Source: an uncultured Candidatus Rokubacteria bacterium (GTDB lineage: Bacteria > Methylomirabilota > Methylomirabilia > Rokubacteriales > CSP1-6). From it: DNA of 64,000 bases. Position numbers and translations under genes: made by a program. Location: NCBI GenBank assembly GCA_963758635.1, contig CAVWWD010000003.1, forward strand, positions 907,184 to 971,183. The letters are read 5' to 3'. Under the pieces are notes generated by a model, which did not search any database, was not told where the DNA came from, and saw only the letters and a program-made list of their open reading frames with translations. Shown here piece after piece: positions 11,170 to 19,936 of the stretch; positions within the stretch are counted from its first letter, which is position 1; the number at the start of each line of letters is the position of its first letter.

Positions 11170-11639
11170 CCGACGCGCGGCGGGAATTCCCGGACGCGCC
11201 GCGCGTGGGCGTCGGCGGCGTCGTCCTGGACGACACGCGCGTGCTCCTCGTCCGGCGGGGCCGGCCGCCAGGCCAGGGGCGGTGGAGCATCCCCGGCGGG
11301 CTGGTGGGGCTGGGCGAGAGTCTCGAGGACGCGGTGGTGCGGGAGGTCGAGGAGGAGTCCGGCCTCCGCGTGCGCGTCCTCGGCCTGTGCGGCGTCATCG
11401 ACCGCGTCATCCAGGACGCCGACGCCGGCCGGGTCCGCTATCACTACGTCATCATCGACTATCTCTCCGTGGTCGAGGGCGGTCGCCTGTGCGCGGGGAG
11501 CGACGCCGCGGAGGCGCGCTGGGTCCCGGTGGACGCCCTCGGCGACTACGACATCACCGACGGGGTCGCGGACATGGTGCGGCGGGCCGTGCGCCTGCGC
11601 GCCGAGCTGTCACAGGCCTCCGCGGGAAAGGACAACTGA
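11166..11639 (+). CDS. NUDIX hydrolase
   Basis: ATG 11166 overlaps the lplA stop (ATGA); Nudix box GGLVGLGESLEDAVVREVEEESGL. Confidence 0.7.
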   Translation: MTDARREFPDAPRVGVGGVVLDDTRVLLVRRGRPPGQGRWSIPGGLVGLGESLEDAVVREVEEESGLRVRVLGLCGVIDRVIQDADAGRVRYHYVIIDYLSVVEGGRLCAGSDAAEARWVPVDALGDYDITDGVADMVRRAVRLRAELSQASAGKDN

Positions 11640-11673
11640 TCATGAAGCTCTCTGTCGGAAGGGGACACCACTC

Positions 11674-13170
11674 ATGAAGCTCTCCGTCGAGACACGCGAG
11701 CCGGTGGAGGTTCGCGCCGATGCGCTCATCCTGGGCCGGTATGCCGGCGAGGCGCGTCCCGGCCCGGCGATCGCCGCCGTCGACGAGAAGGTCGGCGGGA
11801 TGCTCCTGGCGGCGATGGGCGCCGAGAAGTTCGAGGGCAAGCCGGGACAGGTCAGCCAGGTCTTCGCGGGCGATCGGCTGCGCGCCCCGCGCGTCCTCGT
11901 GGTGGGGCTCGGGCCCCGCCGGGGTGGCGGCGCGGAGGCGGTGCGGCGCGCGGCCGCGACGGGAGCACGCCGCGCGCGGGACCTCGGGGCGGCGAATATC
12001 GCCATCGCCATGCCGCCCGACGGCCTCGACCCCCGGGCGCGCGCCCAGGCCGTCGTCGAGGGCGCGCTCCTGGGCACGTACCGCTTCGACAAGTACCTGA
12101 AGGAGAAGAGCACGAAGGTGCTCGAGGCGCTGACCGTGGTGGAGCCCGACCGGCGCCGCCACGCCGCGGCGCGGCAGGGCGTCCAGGTCGGCGAGGCGTG
12201 GGCGCATGCCACGGCCACCACCCGTGACCTCGTGAACGAGCCGGCCAACGTCGTCACGCCGACGTACCTGGCCGAGCAGGCCCGGGCCATCGCCGAGGAA
12301 GGGGGCTGCCAGGTCGAGGTCCTCGACCGGGACGACTGCGGGAAGCTCGGCATGGGCGCGTACCTGGGCGTGGCGCAGGGGAGCCAGGAGCCGCCGCAGT
12401 TCATCCACCTCACCTACACGCCCCGGCAGCGCGCGCGGCGGCGGGTGGTGGTGATCGGCAAGGGGATCACGTTCGACTCCGGCGGGCTCGACCTGAAGAG
12501 CGCCGACGGCATGCTGCGCATGAAGGACGACATGTCGGGCGCGGCCGCCGTGCTCGGCATGTTCACGGCGCTGCCCCGGCTGCGCCTGCCCGTGGAGGTG
12601 CACGGGCTCGTCGCCGCCACCGAGAACATGCCGTCGGGGACGGCCCAGCGTCCCGGCGACATCGTGCGGGCCATGAACGGCACGACGATCGAGATCGGCA
12701 ACACCGACGCGGAGGGCCGCTTGACCCTCGCGGACGCCCTCGCGTACGCCGCCCGCGAGATCAAGCCCGACGAGATGATCGACCTCGCCACCCTCACCGG
12801 GGCCGTGGTCGTCGCCCTCGGCCTCGGGGTGTCAGGCGTCTTCGGCTCGAACGACGGCTTCACCGGACGGGTGCTCGCCGCGGCGCAGGCCGCGGGGGAG
12901 CGGATGTGGCGGATGCCGCTCCACGACGAGTACAAGGAAGGCCTCAAGAGCGACGTGGCGGACCTGAACAACATCTCGAGCCAGCGCGGGGGCGGCGCGA
13001 TCGTGGCCGCGCTGTTCATGCGCGAGTTCACCGGCGGCCTCCCCTGGGTGCACATGGACATCGCGGGCACCGCGTTCGCCGAGCGCGAGTGGCCGCTCGG
13101 ACCCAAGGGCGGGACGGGGGTGGCGGTGCGCACGCTGCTCGCGTACCTCACGAGCCTGGGCGGACGCTAG
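11674..13170 (+). CDS. pepA: leucyl aminopeptidase (M17 family)
   Basis: ORF 11674..13170; NTDAEGRLTLADAL motif; preceded by ATGA-coupled mini-ORF 11642..11677. Confidence 0.85.
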   Translation: MKLSVETREPVEVRADALILGRYAGEARPGPAIAAVDEKVGGMLLAAMGAEKFEGKPGQVSQVFAGDRLRAPRVLVVGLGPRRGGGAEAVRRAAATGARRARDLGAANIAIAMPPDGLDPRARAQAVVEGALLGTYRFDKYLKEKSTKVLEALTVVEPDRRRHAAARQGVQVGEAWAHATATTRDLVNEPANVVTPTYLAEQARAIAEEGGCQVEVLDRDDCGKLGMGAYLGVAQGSQEPPQFIHLTYTPRQRARRRVVVIGKGITFDSGGLDLKSADGMLRMKDDMSGAAAVLGMFTALPRLRLPVEVHGLVAATENMPSGTAQRPGDIVRAMNGTTIEIGNTDAEGRLTLADALAYAAREIKPDEMIDLATLTGAVVVALGLGVSGVFGSNDGFTGRVLAAAQAAGERMWRMPLHDEYKEGLKSDVADLNNISSQRGGGAIVAALFMREFTGGLPWVHMDIAGTAFAEREWPLGPKGGTGVAVRTLLAYLTSLGGR

Positions 13171-13199
13171 GCGCGGGCGCGCTCGAGCGAGGCCAGGGC

Positions 13200-14042
13200 A
13201 TGGGCGGAGCGGTCGACCTGCACTCGCACACGACGGCGTCCGACGGCACGCTCACGCCGGAGGAGCTCGTGCGGGAGGCGGCCCGGCGCGGCGTCCGCGT
13301 CCTCGCCATCACCGACCACGACTCCACCGAGGGCCTCGCCGCCGCCCTCGACGAGGCCGCGCGGCACCGGCCGCTCGAGATCGTCCCCGGCATCGAGATC
13401 AACTGCGACGTCGAGGGCGGCGAGGTCCACGTCCTGGGGTACTGCCTGGACTACCAGGCGCCATGGTTCCAGGAGTTCTGCCGGGCCCAGCGGGAGGAGC
13501 GGCGCGCGCGCGTCCACCGCATGGCCGCGCGTCTCTCCGACCTCGGCATGCCGATCGACGCCGAGGAGGTCTTCGCCATCGTCCGTGAGGGCTCGGCGGG
13601 CCGGCCGCACGTGGCGCAGGTCATGGTCCGGCGCGGGTACGTGAAGACCGTCCGGGAGGCGTTCGATCGCTTCCTCGCCAGCGGGAAGCCCGGCCACGTG
13701 CCCCGGGCGAAGCTCGCCCCTGAAGGAGCGGTGCGCCTCATTCGTCGAGCCGGGGGGGTGCCGGTGTTCGCCCACCCGGGCCTCGGCGACCACGACGCCC
13801 TGATCCCCTCGATGGTCGAGGCGGGGCTGATGGGTATCGAGTGCTACTACAGCGAGCACTCCGCCGCCCAGACCGCCGGGTACGTCGAGACCTGCCGCCG
13901 CCTGCATCTGGTTGCAACAGGGGGCTCGGACTTCCACGGCCCGAAGGTGCGCGCGGGTCATCTCGGCATCCCGTCGGTGCCGCTCGCCGTGTGGGAGTCC
14001 CTCAAGGCCAAGGCGGCCCTGGCCCGCGACTCCCAGCCCTGA
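13200..14042 (+). CDS. PHP-domain phosphoesterase (TrpH/YciV-like)
   Basis: Internal ATG 13200 of ORF 12906..14042; MGGAVDLHSHTTASDG...ITDHD motifs. Confidence 0.7.
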   Translation: MGGAVDLHSHTTASDGTLTPEELVREAARRGVRVLAITDHDSTEGLAAALDEAARHRPLEIVPGIEINCDVEGGEVHVLGYCLDYQAPWFQEFCRAQREERRARVHRMAARLSDLGMPIDAEEVFAIVREGSAGRPHVAQVMVRRGYVKTVREAFDRFLASGKPGHVPRAKLAPEGAVRLIRRAGGVPVFAHPGLGDHDALIPSMVEAGLMGIECYYSEHSAAQTAGYVETCRRLHLVATGGSDFHGPKVRAGHLGIPSVPLAVWESLKAKAALARDSQP

Positions 14043-14241
14043 CGCTCCCCGCGGTCGCTCCGTCCCTCCCCACCGATTCTGCCGTGTAAGCCTTTCGCAC
14101 ATTGCTCGGTCGTGCGGGGGCGCCCAGCCCCTGGGCTAGAAGCCGCATCGCCACGCGCACTTCCGAGGCATCTGCGGCTGCCGCACCTGGCCTCTGGCGG
14201 CATGGTTCTTGCCCACGGGAAATCGCCAGGAGGTCTTCGCC

Positions 14242-14583
14242 ATGAGAATGATCACGACGATGGCGCTCATCGCGGCGCTCGGCCTGCTGCCGGCTGTAGG
14301 CGTGCGCGCCGCTGACGACTCGAAGGTGAAGGAGCGCACCAACCAGGTCGAGGACGGCGCCAGGAAGATCGGCCAGGGCGAGGTCGGCCAGGGCGTCGGA
14401 GAGACGGCCAGGGGCGTCGGCGGCACGGTCGTGGAGGGCAGCAAGTACGTCGGCGAGAAGCTGAAGGAGTCCGGGCAGGCGGCCGAGCCGGCGGCCCGGT
14501 CCGCCTGGGAGCACACGCGGGACGGGGCCGTGTCCTTCGGCCGGAGCGTGAAGAGCTTCTTCACCCGGCTGTTCTCGAACTAA
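14242..14583 (+). CDS. small secreted hypothetical protein (signal peptide)
   Basis: ATG 14242 after aggagg RBS; MRMITTMALIAALGLLPAVGVRA signal sequence. Confidence 0.4.
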   Translation: MRMITTMALIAALGLLPAVGVRAADDSKVKERTNQVEDGARKIGQGEVGQGVGETARGVGGTVVEGSKYVGEKLKESGQAAEPAARSAWEHTRDGAVSFGRSVKSFFTRLFSN

Positions 14584-14862
14584 TGGAGCCCCCGCGCACC
14601 AGACTCATGCCGAGCGGGGGGACTGTAGAGGCCCGTGGCGGTGACCGTATTCTGCCCGGGTCACGAGCGTCGGGGTCCGGACGTACGACCAAAGGCCACC
14701 GGGATTAGTGGTTGACGCTGCCCGGGCCGACCGATTACCGTCATGGGGCCATACGGTCCCGGATGTTGCCGCTAAGTCGAGCAAGGAGCCGCCGGGGCCC
14801 GCACGCAGACGGTCGCTCCGCCTGCGCGCGCGAGATTTCGCGGATGGGGGGGAGCCAAGTTT

Positions 14863-15063
14863 TTGAAGATCGACGTCGTTGACAATCAGATCGAGTCCGC
14901 CCTGAAGGCCCTCAAGAAGCAGATGGTCAAGGAAGGGCTGTTCAAGGACATGAAGCGGCGGGAGTACTACGAGAAGCCGTCGGTGAAGCGGAAGCGGAAG
15001 CAGGCCGCCGCGCGGAAGAAGCGTCTCAAGGCCCTCAAGCGCTCGCAGGGCGACTCCGACTAG
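14863..15063 (+). CDS. rpsU: 30S ribosomal protein S21
   Basis: ORF 14863..15063 (TTG start); ...KRREYYEKPSVKRKRKQAAARKKRLKA typical S21. Confidence 0.8.
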   Translation: MKIDVVDNQIESALKALKKQMVKEGLFKDMKRREYYEKPSVKRKRKQAAARKKRLKALKRSQGDSD

Positions 15064-15140
15064 TGCGACGGCACCGCCCCGGCCCGCGCCGGGGCGGTGT
15101 TCTCTGCGCCCACCGCCGCGGGGACCACGTCCCGCGCGTT

Positions 15141-15992
15141 CTACGCGGCGTAGTTCGGAAACATCCTCGAAAAGACACCCGGCGCGCTCCGTCCCCGGAA
15201 GTACTCTATCTGCCGCGCCGAGTACTCCGGCCCGCCCCGGAACACGATGCTCGCCTGGGCGAGCGTGACGTCGGCCGCGGCCAGCGTCACCGCGGCGCGC
15301 CGGAACGACCCGCGCCGGTCCACCGCCGTGACCTCGTCGAAGCGGCCGAACGCCGCGAGCTCCGTCATCGGGGCGCGCGCCCCGGTGAGGGTGAGATCGA
15401 TCCGGTTGGTGAGCCCGCCCTCCCGCATCGCCAGCGCGCCGAGCCACCAGGCGATCTCGTCGAGCACCACCGGCGCGAGCGCCGGATGGAGCGCCTGCGG
15501 GGTGCGCCACGCCGCCGACGGCACGAAGCGGGCCCACACGCCCTCCGCGTCGAACGAGAGGCCTAGCTTGAGCCCGAGCGGGTTGACCGACCCGCAGGCG
15601 AGGCACTGCTCGGACATGGGCAGGGGCCAGCCGCCCGCGCCGCCGCGCCACGGCGGCGCCGTCTCGGGTGCCAGCGCTCCGATCACCCGCACCGAGCCGG
15701 TGGTGAGCGGCTGCCCGGCGTCGAGGAAGCTCACGCTGACCGTTCCGTCCTGGACGTATCCCTCGAGCTCGAGCGGGGTCTCCACCGGCACCGACGAGGT
15801 GAGACGACCCTCGATCCGGCGCGCGCCCGCGGGGCCGCCGAGCCGCGCCGAGGCCTCGTCCAGCGCGGCCACGAGCCCGCCGCCATGGACGATGCCCGGC
15901 CAGCTCGACAGCTCCGAGGACGCGTGGAATCGCCCGCGTCCGTCGCCGCCGAGGCGCACCGCGCCGGCGAGCGCGGCGCCGATCGTCGTCAC
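15141..15992 (-). CDS. tandem hotdog-fold (PaaI-like) thioesterase family protein
   Basis: ORF 15141..15992; WPGIVHGGGLVAALDEA hotdog motif. Confidence 0.45.
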   Translation of the reverse strand: MTTIGAALAGAVRLGGDGRGRFHASSELSSWPGIVHGGGLVAALDEASARLGGPAGARRIEGRLTSSVPVETPLELEGYVQDGTVSVSFLDAGQPLTTGSVRVIGALAPETAPPWRGGAGGWPLPMSEQCLACGSVNPLGLKLGLSFDAEGVWARFVPSAAWRTPQALHPALAPVVLDEIAWWLGALAMREGGLTNRIDLTLTGARAPMTELAAFGRFDEVTAVDRRGSFRRAAVTLAAADVTLAQASIVFRGGPEYSARQIEYFRGRSAPGVFSRMFPNYAA

Positions 15993-16219
15993 GGTGAGGG
16001 TCGCGGGAGCGCCCGCCCGCCGCGCTCGTGTCCGGTCATGCTCGTGATTTTACGCTCGGGTTGTGATGGAACGCGGACGTTGGCTTCAGCGAGCGGGCTC
16101 ATACCGCGATTCTGCGGACTCGCGGCGTGCCGTCTCGCCCTTCATTCACGATCTCCCGGTGGACCAGGATGGCGGTCGGGGATCGATCGCGAACGCGCGC
16201 CGGGGGCGCCCGCGCCGTG

Positions 16220-17446
16220 ATGCGGCCGCGTCAGCTCCTGGGGGGCCCCTTCGCCCGGGCCATGGTCACGAACTTCCTGTTCTTCGGGTGCCTGAACGGG
16301 TTCGTGCTCTTGCCGCTGTACATCCAGCAGCTGGGGGGCACCGAGGCGCAGATCGGGCTGGTGCAGGGGATGTACAGCGCGGCGGGCATCGTGTGCCAGC
16401 CCGTCATCGGCCTCTACGTGGACCGGCTCGGCCGCCGGCTCTTCATGCTGATCGGCGCGGCGCTGCTCACCGGCGCCTCGGCGCTCTTCGTGGTGAGCGC
16501 CTCCATCCCGCTGTTCGCCGCCCTGCGGGTGCTCCACGGCGTGGCGTTCTCCACGTTCTTCGTCGCGAACTACATCCACGTGGTCGAGCTGGTGCCGCCG
16601 GAGCGGCGCGGCTGGGCGCTGGGCATCTACGGGCTCGCCGGCCTCCTGTCGACCGCGCTGGCCCCGCTGGTCGCGGAGTTCATCATCCGCCAGCTCGGCT
16701 TCCCCGCGGCGTTCTTCTTCTCGGCGCTGCTCGCCGCCGGCGCGCTCGGCATCCTGCTCAAGAGCCGCGACGCGCGCCCGCCGGCGCCCGGCGCGGGCCC
16801 GGGGCCCGAGGCCCTGGCCGAGATGGTCCGGGAGCTGCGGCGGCTGCACAACGGGCTCGCGTTCTTCTTCGGCCTCGGCACGGGGACGGTGTTCACGTTC
16901 CTGCCCACCTTCGCCGAGCAGCTCGGGGTGCGCGGGCTCGGCCTGTTCTACACGGCGTACGCCGGGGCCGCGATGGCCGTGCGGGTGGCGGGCGGCACGC
17001 TGATCGACGACCGTGGCCGGCGGGCGGTGATCGTGCCGTCGATGTTCGTGCAGACCTGCGCCACCGGCATCCTGGCCGCGCTGGCGATCCTGGTGACGCC
17101 CACGCTCGCCGTGCCGGTCCTGCCGTTCCTGTTCCTGGCCGGGCTCCTCGCCGGCGGCGCCCACGGCTTCCTCTATCCGGCGCTGTCGGCGCTCCTCATG
17201 GACGTGACGCCAGAGCGCCGGCGCGGCAGCGCGGTCGGCATCTTCAGCTCGGTCTTCCTGGTGGGCAACGCGATCGGCGCGATCGTGTTCGGCTACGTCG
17301 CGCACCGGCTCGGTTACGCGCCCATGTGGGGGATGCTGGTCGCGCTGCTGACCGGGGGCTTCGCGTGGAGCTTGAAGCTGCCCGCGGCCGTGCCGCGTCG
17401 CATCGCGGCCCTGCCGCCGCACCGCGCGACGCCGGAGTCGTCGTAA
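16220..17446 (+). CDS. MFS transporter
   Basis: ORF 16127..17446; 12 predicted hydrophobic segments, GLYVDRLGRR MFS signature. Confidence 0.65.
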   Translation: MRPRQLLGGPFARAMVTNFLFFGCLNGFVLLPLYIQQLGGTEAQIGLVQGMYSAAGIVCQPVIGLYVDRLGRRLFMLIGAALLTGASALFVVSASIPLFAALRVLHGVAFSTFFVANYIHVVELVPPERRGWALGIYGLAGLLSTALAPLVAEFIIRQLGFPAAFFFSALLAAGALGILLKSRDARPPAPGAGPGPEALAEMVRELRRLHNGLAFFFGLGTGTVFTFLPTFAEQLGVRGLGLFYTAYAGAAMAVRVAGGTLIDDRGRRAVIVPSMFVQTCATGILAALAILVTPTLAVPVLPFLFLAGLLAGGAHGFLYPALSALLMDVTPERRRGSAVGIFSSVFLVGNAIGAIVFGYVAHRLGYAPMWGMLVALLTGGFAWSLKLPAAVPRRIAALPPHRATPESS

Positions 17447-17612
17447 AGGCACGGCGACACGGCGCCGCCTGTGAACGCAGAAGCGCGGTGTTGTCCCGCA
17501 TGGCGAAGTCGAAATCCGCGTTCCTTCACAACCCCGCAGTCGAGTTGACTTGCTCGGAGGGCGGCGGCAGGATACTGCGGGACGTCACCCTCGCGACACG
17601 GAGGACGATGCG

Positions 17613-18236
17613 ATGATTGGAACGAACCGCCTGGGAACGGCCGGCGTCCTCCTGTCCAGACTCCTCGCACGCGTGGGCATGGTCGGCGCCCGGCCCGGCG
17701 CGGTGAAGCGCGTGGGCACGCTCGGAGCGCTCCTGGCGTGCGCGGCGGCGCTGATGGCCGCCACCGGCAAGACCGACGCGCCGGCGCCCCGCGCGGGCGG
17801 GCCGCAGGAGGCCGAGGTCGTCGGCCTGCTCGTCCACCCGGACACGCAGCAGCCGCTCGTCGTGCTCCAGGGCAAGCGCGACCGGCGCGCCTTCGCCATG
17901 GCGATCGGGCCCGCGGAAGCCACCGGCATCGCCGTCCCGCTGCGCAAGATGACGCCGCCCCGCCCGCTCACCCACGACCTGTTCCTGACGCTCTTCGGCC
18001 GGCTCAACGTGGCGGTCAAGCGCGTGGTGATCACCGACCTGCGCGACAACGTGTACTACGCCACGCTGTTCCTCACCGCGGGCGGCAACGAGCTCGCGCT
18101 GGACTCGCGCCCCTCCGATGCCATCGCGCTGGCCATCCGCGCCAAGGCGCCCGTGTACGTGGAGGAGCGCGTGTTCGAGAAGTCCGAGCGCATCGATCCC
18201 GCGCCGACCGACCCGGCGTCGGGGCCGAGGATCTGA
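17613..18236 (+). CDS. bifunctional nuclease (BFN, DUF151) domain protein
   Basis: ATG 17613 after ggagga RBS; LVVLQ...RRAFAMAIGPAEA...RPLTHDL...RPSDAIALA core. Confidence 0.55.
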   Translation: MIGTNRLGTAGVLLSRLLARVGMVGARPGAVKRVGTLGALLACAAALMAATGKTDAPAPRAGGPQEAEVVGLLVHPDTQQPLVVLQGKRDRRAFAMAIGPAEATGIAVPLRKMTPPRPLTHDLFLTLFGRLNVAVKRVVITDLRDNVYYATLFLTAGGNELALDSRPSDAIALAIRAKAPVYVEERVFEKSERIDPAPTDPASGPRI

Positions 18237-18240
18237 GCGC

Positions 18241-19230
18241 GTGTCCGAGCTGCCCCGTCCCGATACCGACCGAGCGCTCCCCGAGACGGCCAGCACGCCC
18301 GAGCTGTCGACGCAGCAGTGGGCCATCCAGCGCCGTATCGAGGACGTCTTCGCCAAGCTCGGCGAGAAGTTCGGCGACCTGTCCGGGCGGGTCGTCGTCA
18401 CGATCCGGCCCGAGGCGTCCTTCGACTCGATCGGCGGCCTCGCCGAGGCCAAGGCCATCGTGCGCGGCTTCGCCACCGCGCTCACCGAGCCGGAGCTCTA
18501 CCGGAAGTGGGGGATCACGCCGCCCCGCGGCGTGCTGCTCTACGGGCCGCCGGGCACGGGCAAGACCTTGCTCGCGCGCGCCCTCGCCACCAAGGCCGGC
18601 GCGATCTTCTTCCACCTCAAGCTGATGAACCTGACCTCCAAGTTCGGCCCGAACACCGGCGAGCTTCTCCAGGAGATCCTCGGCATCGCCCGGGCGGAGG
18701 GCCGGGCCGTGGTGTTCCTGGACGAGGCCAACGCGCTCTCGCTCGAGCACCTGCTCCCGCCCGCGCAAGCGCGCGAGGCGAGCGCGCGGCTCGTGGCCGC
18801 GCTCTGCGAGAAGCTCGACGGGCTCGGCGACTTCGCGCCGACCCTCGTCGTGGCCTCGACCGACCGCATCGACTCCATCGACGCGTCGCTGGTGGAGCCG
18901 CGCCGGCTCGATCGCCTCGTCGAGATCGCGCTGCCCGACGGTCCCGCGCAGCAGGAGATCGTGCAGCTTGCGAAATCTCGCGCGGAGTCGGCGGCGGGGC
19001 GGCCGCTGTTCGCCGAGATCGACTACCGCTCCCTCCTGCCGCCCATGGGCGGCATGTCAGGGGCGGAGATCTCCGAGCTGCTCCGGCGCTCCCTTGAGCG
19101 GAAGGTGCAGGCGGCGAGCGAGGGACGCGACGAGGGCCTCGTCACCACCCAGGACGTGCTGCAGCAGATCGACGGCTACCGCCGCGTGCGCGAGGTGGTG
19201 GAGAAGATCCGGTACGGACAGTATCTCTAG
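18241..19230 (+). CDS. AAA+ ATPase (classic AAA module)
   Basis: GTG 18241 overlapping upstream stop; Walker A GPPGTGKT, Walker B VVFLDEA. Confidence 0.65.
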   Translation: MSELPRPDTDRALPETASTPELSTQQWAIQRRIEDVFAKLGEKFGDLSGRVVVTIRPEASFDSIGGLAEAKAIVRGFATALTEPELYRKWGITPPRGVLLYGPPGTGKTLLARALATKAGAIFFHLKLMNLTSKFGPNTGELLQEILGIARAEGRAVVFLDEANALSLEHLLPPAQAREASARLVAALCEKLDGLGDFAPTLVVASTDRIDSIDASLVEPRRLDRLVEIALPDGPAQQEIVQLAKSRAESAAGRPLFAEIDYRSLLPPMGGMSGAEISELLRRSLERKVQAASEGRDEGLVTTQDVLQQIDGYRRVREVVEKIRYGQYL

Positions 19231-19259
19231 TCGAAGGGGGCCTCGACGGCCCCCTTCGA
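19231..19259 (+). terminator. perfect 12-bp stem hairpin tcgaagggggcc-tcgac-ggcccccttcga directly after the AAA ATPase stop
   Basis: Inverted repeat seen in sequence; no T-tract (GC-rich genome). Confidence 0.4.
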
Positions 19260-19522
19260 GCATCACCGGCGTGCGGGCACCCGGGCTTCGCCCGCCCGCA
19301 CCGTGCGTGGTCTCGTCGGGAGCCCGCGCACGGTGCGGACTCGGCGACCCCTGGCGTGCACGTCGGCGTGGTAGGATTTCGAGCGTCGATGTCGTTCCGC
19401 GCTCCCTCCTCTCACCGGACTTCACCGAGCGTCGTGGCGGCGGCCGCTGGCTGTCCTGGGCTGGCCACGGCGGATCCGTCGGCGCGCCCGGCGGACACGG
19501 AAGGGCGGGGCGCGTGCCGTCG

Positions 19523-19936
19523 GTGACGTTGATCAGGGTGCGGTACAAGGACACGGACACGATGTCGGTCGTCTACTACGGGAACTACCTGACCTACTTC
19601 GAGGTGGCCCGCGTGGAGTACCTGCGGGAGCGGGGCCTGCCGATGTCGGAGGTGGACCGCCGGATGCACATGCCGGTGGTGGAGGCGCGCGTGCGCTACG
19701 TGAAGCCCGCCCGCCTCGACGACCTCCTCGAGGTGACCTCGCGCGTGAGCGAGAGGAAGCGCGCGAGCTTCACGTTCAGCTACGAGATCCGCAACGAAGC
19801 CAAGGAGCTGGTGGCGACGGGCAGCACGCGCCACGCCTGCTGGGATCCCGCCACGAGCCGGATGATCCCGCTGCCCGACTGGCTCAAGGAGATCATGCCC
19901 GATGGCGACCTCGACCCCGACCCCCGCCACGCCTGA
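19523..19936 (+). CDS. acyl-CoA thioesterase (YbgC/4HBT family)
   Basis: Part of ORF 18968..19936; VYYGNYLTYFEVARVEYL hotdog motif. Confidence 0.6.
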   Translation: MTLIRVRYKDTDTMSVVYYGNYLTYFEVARVEYLRERGLPMSEVDRRMHMPVVEARVRYVKPARLDDLLEVTSRVSERKRASFTFSYEIRNEAKELVATGSTRHACWDPATSRMIPLPDWLKEIMPDGDLDPDPRHA

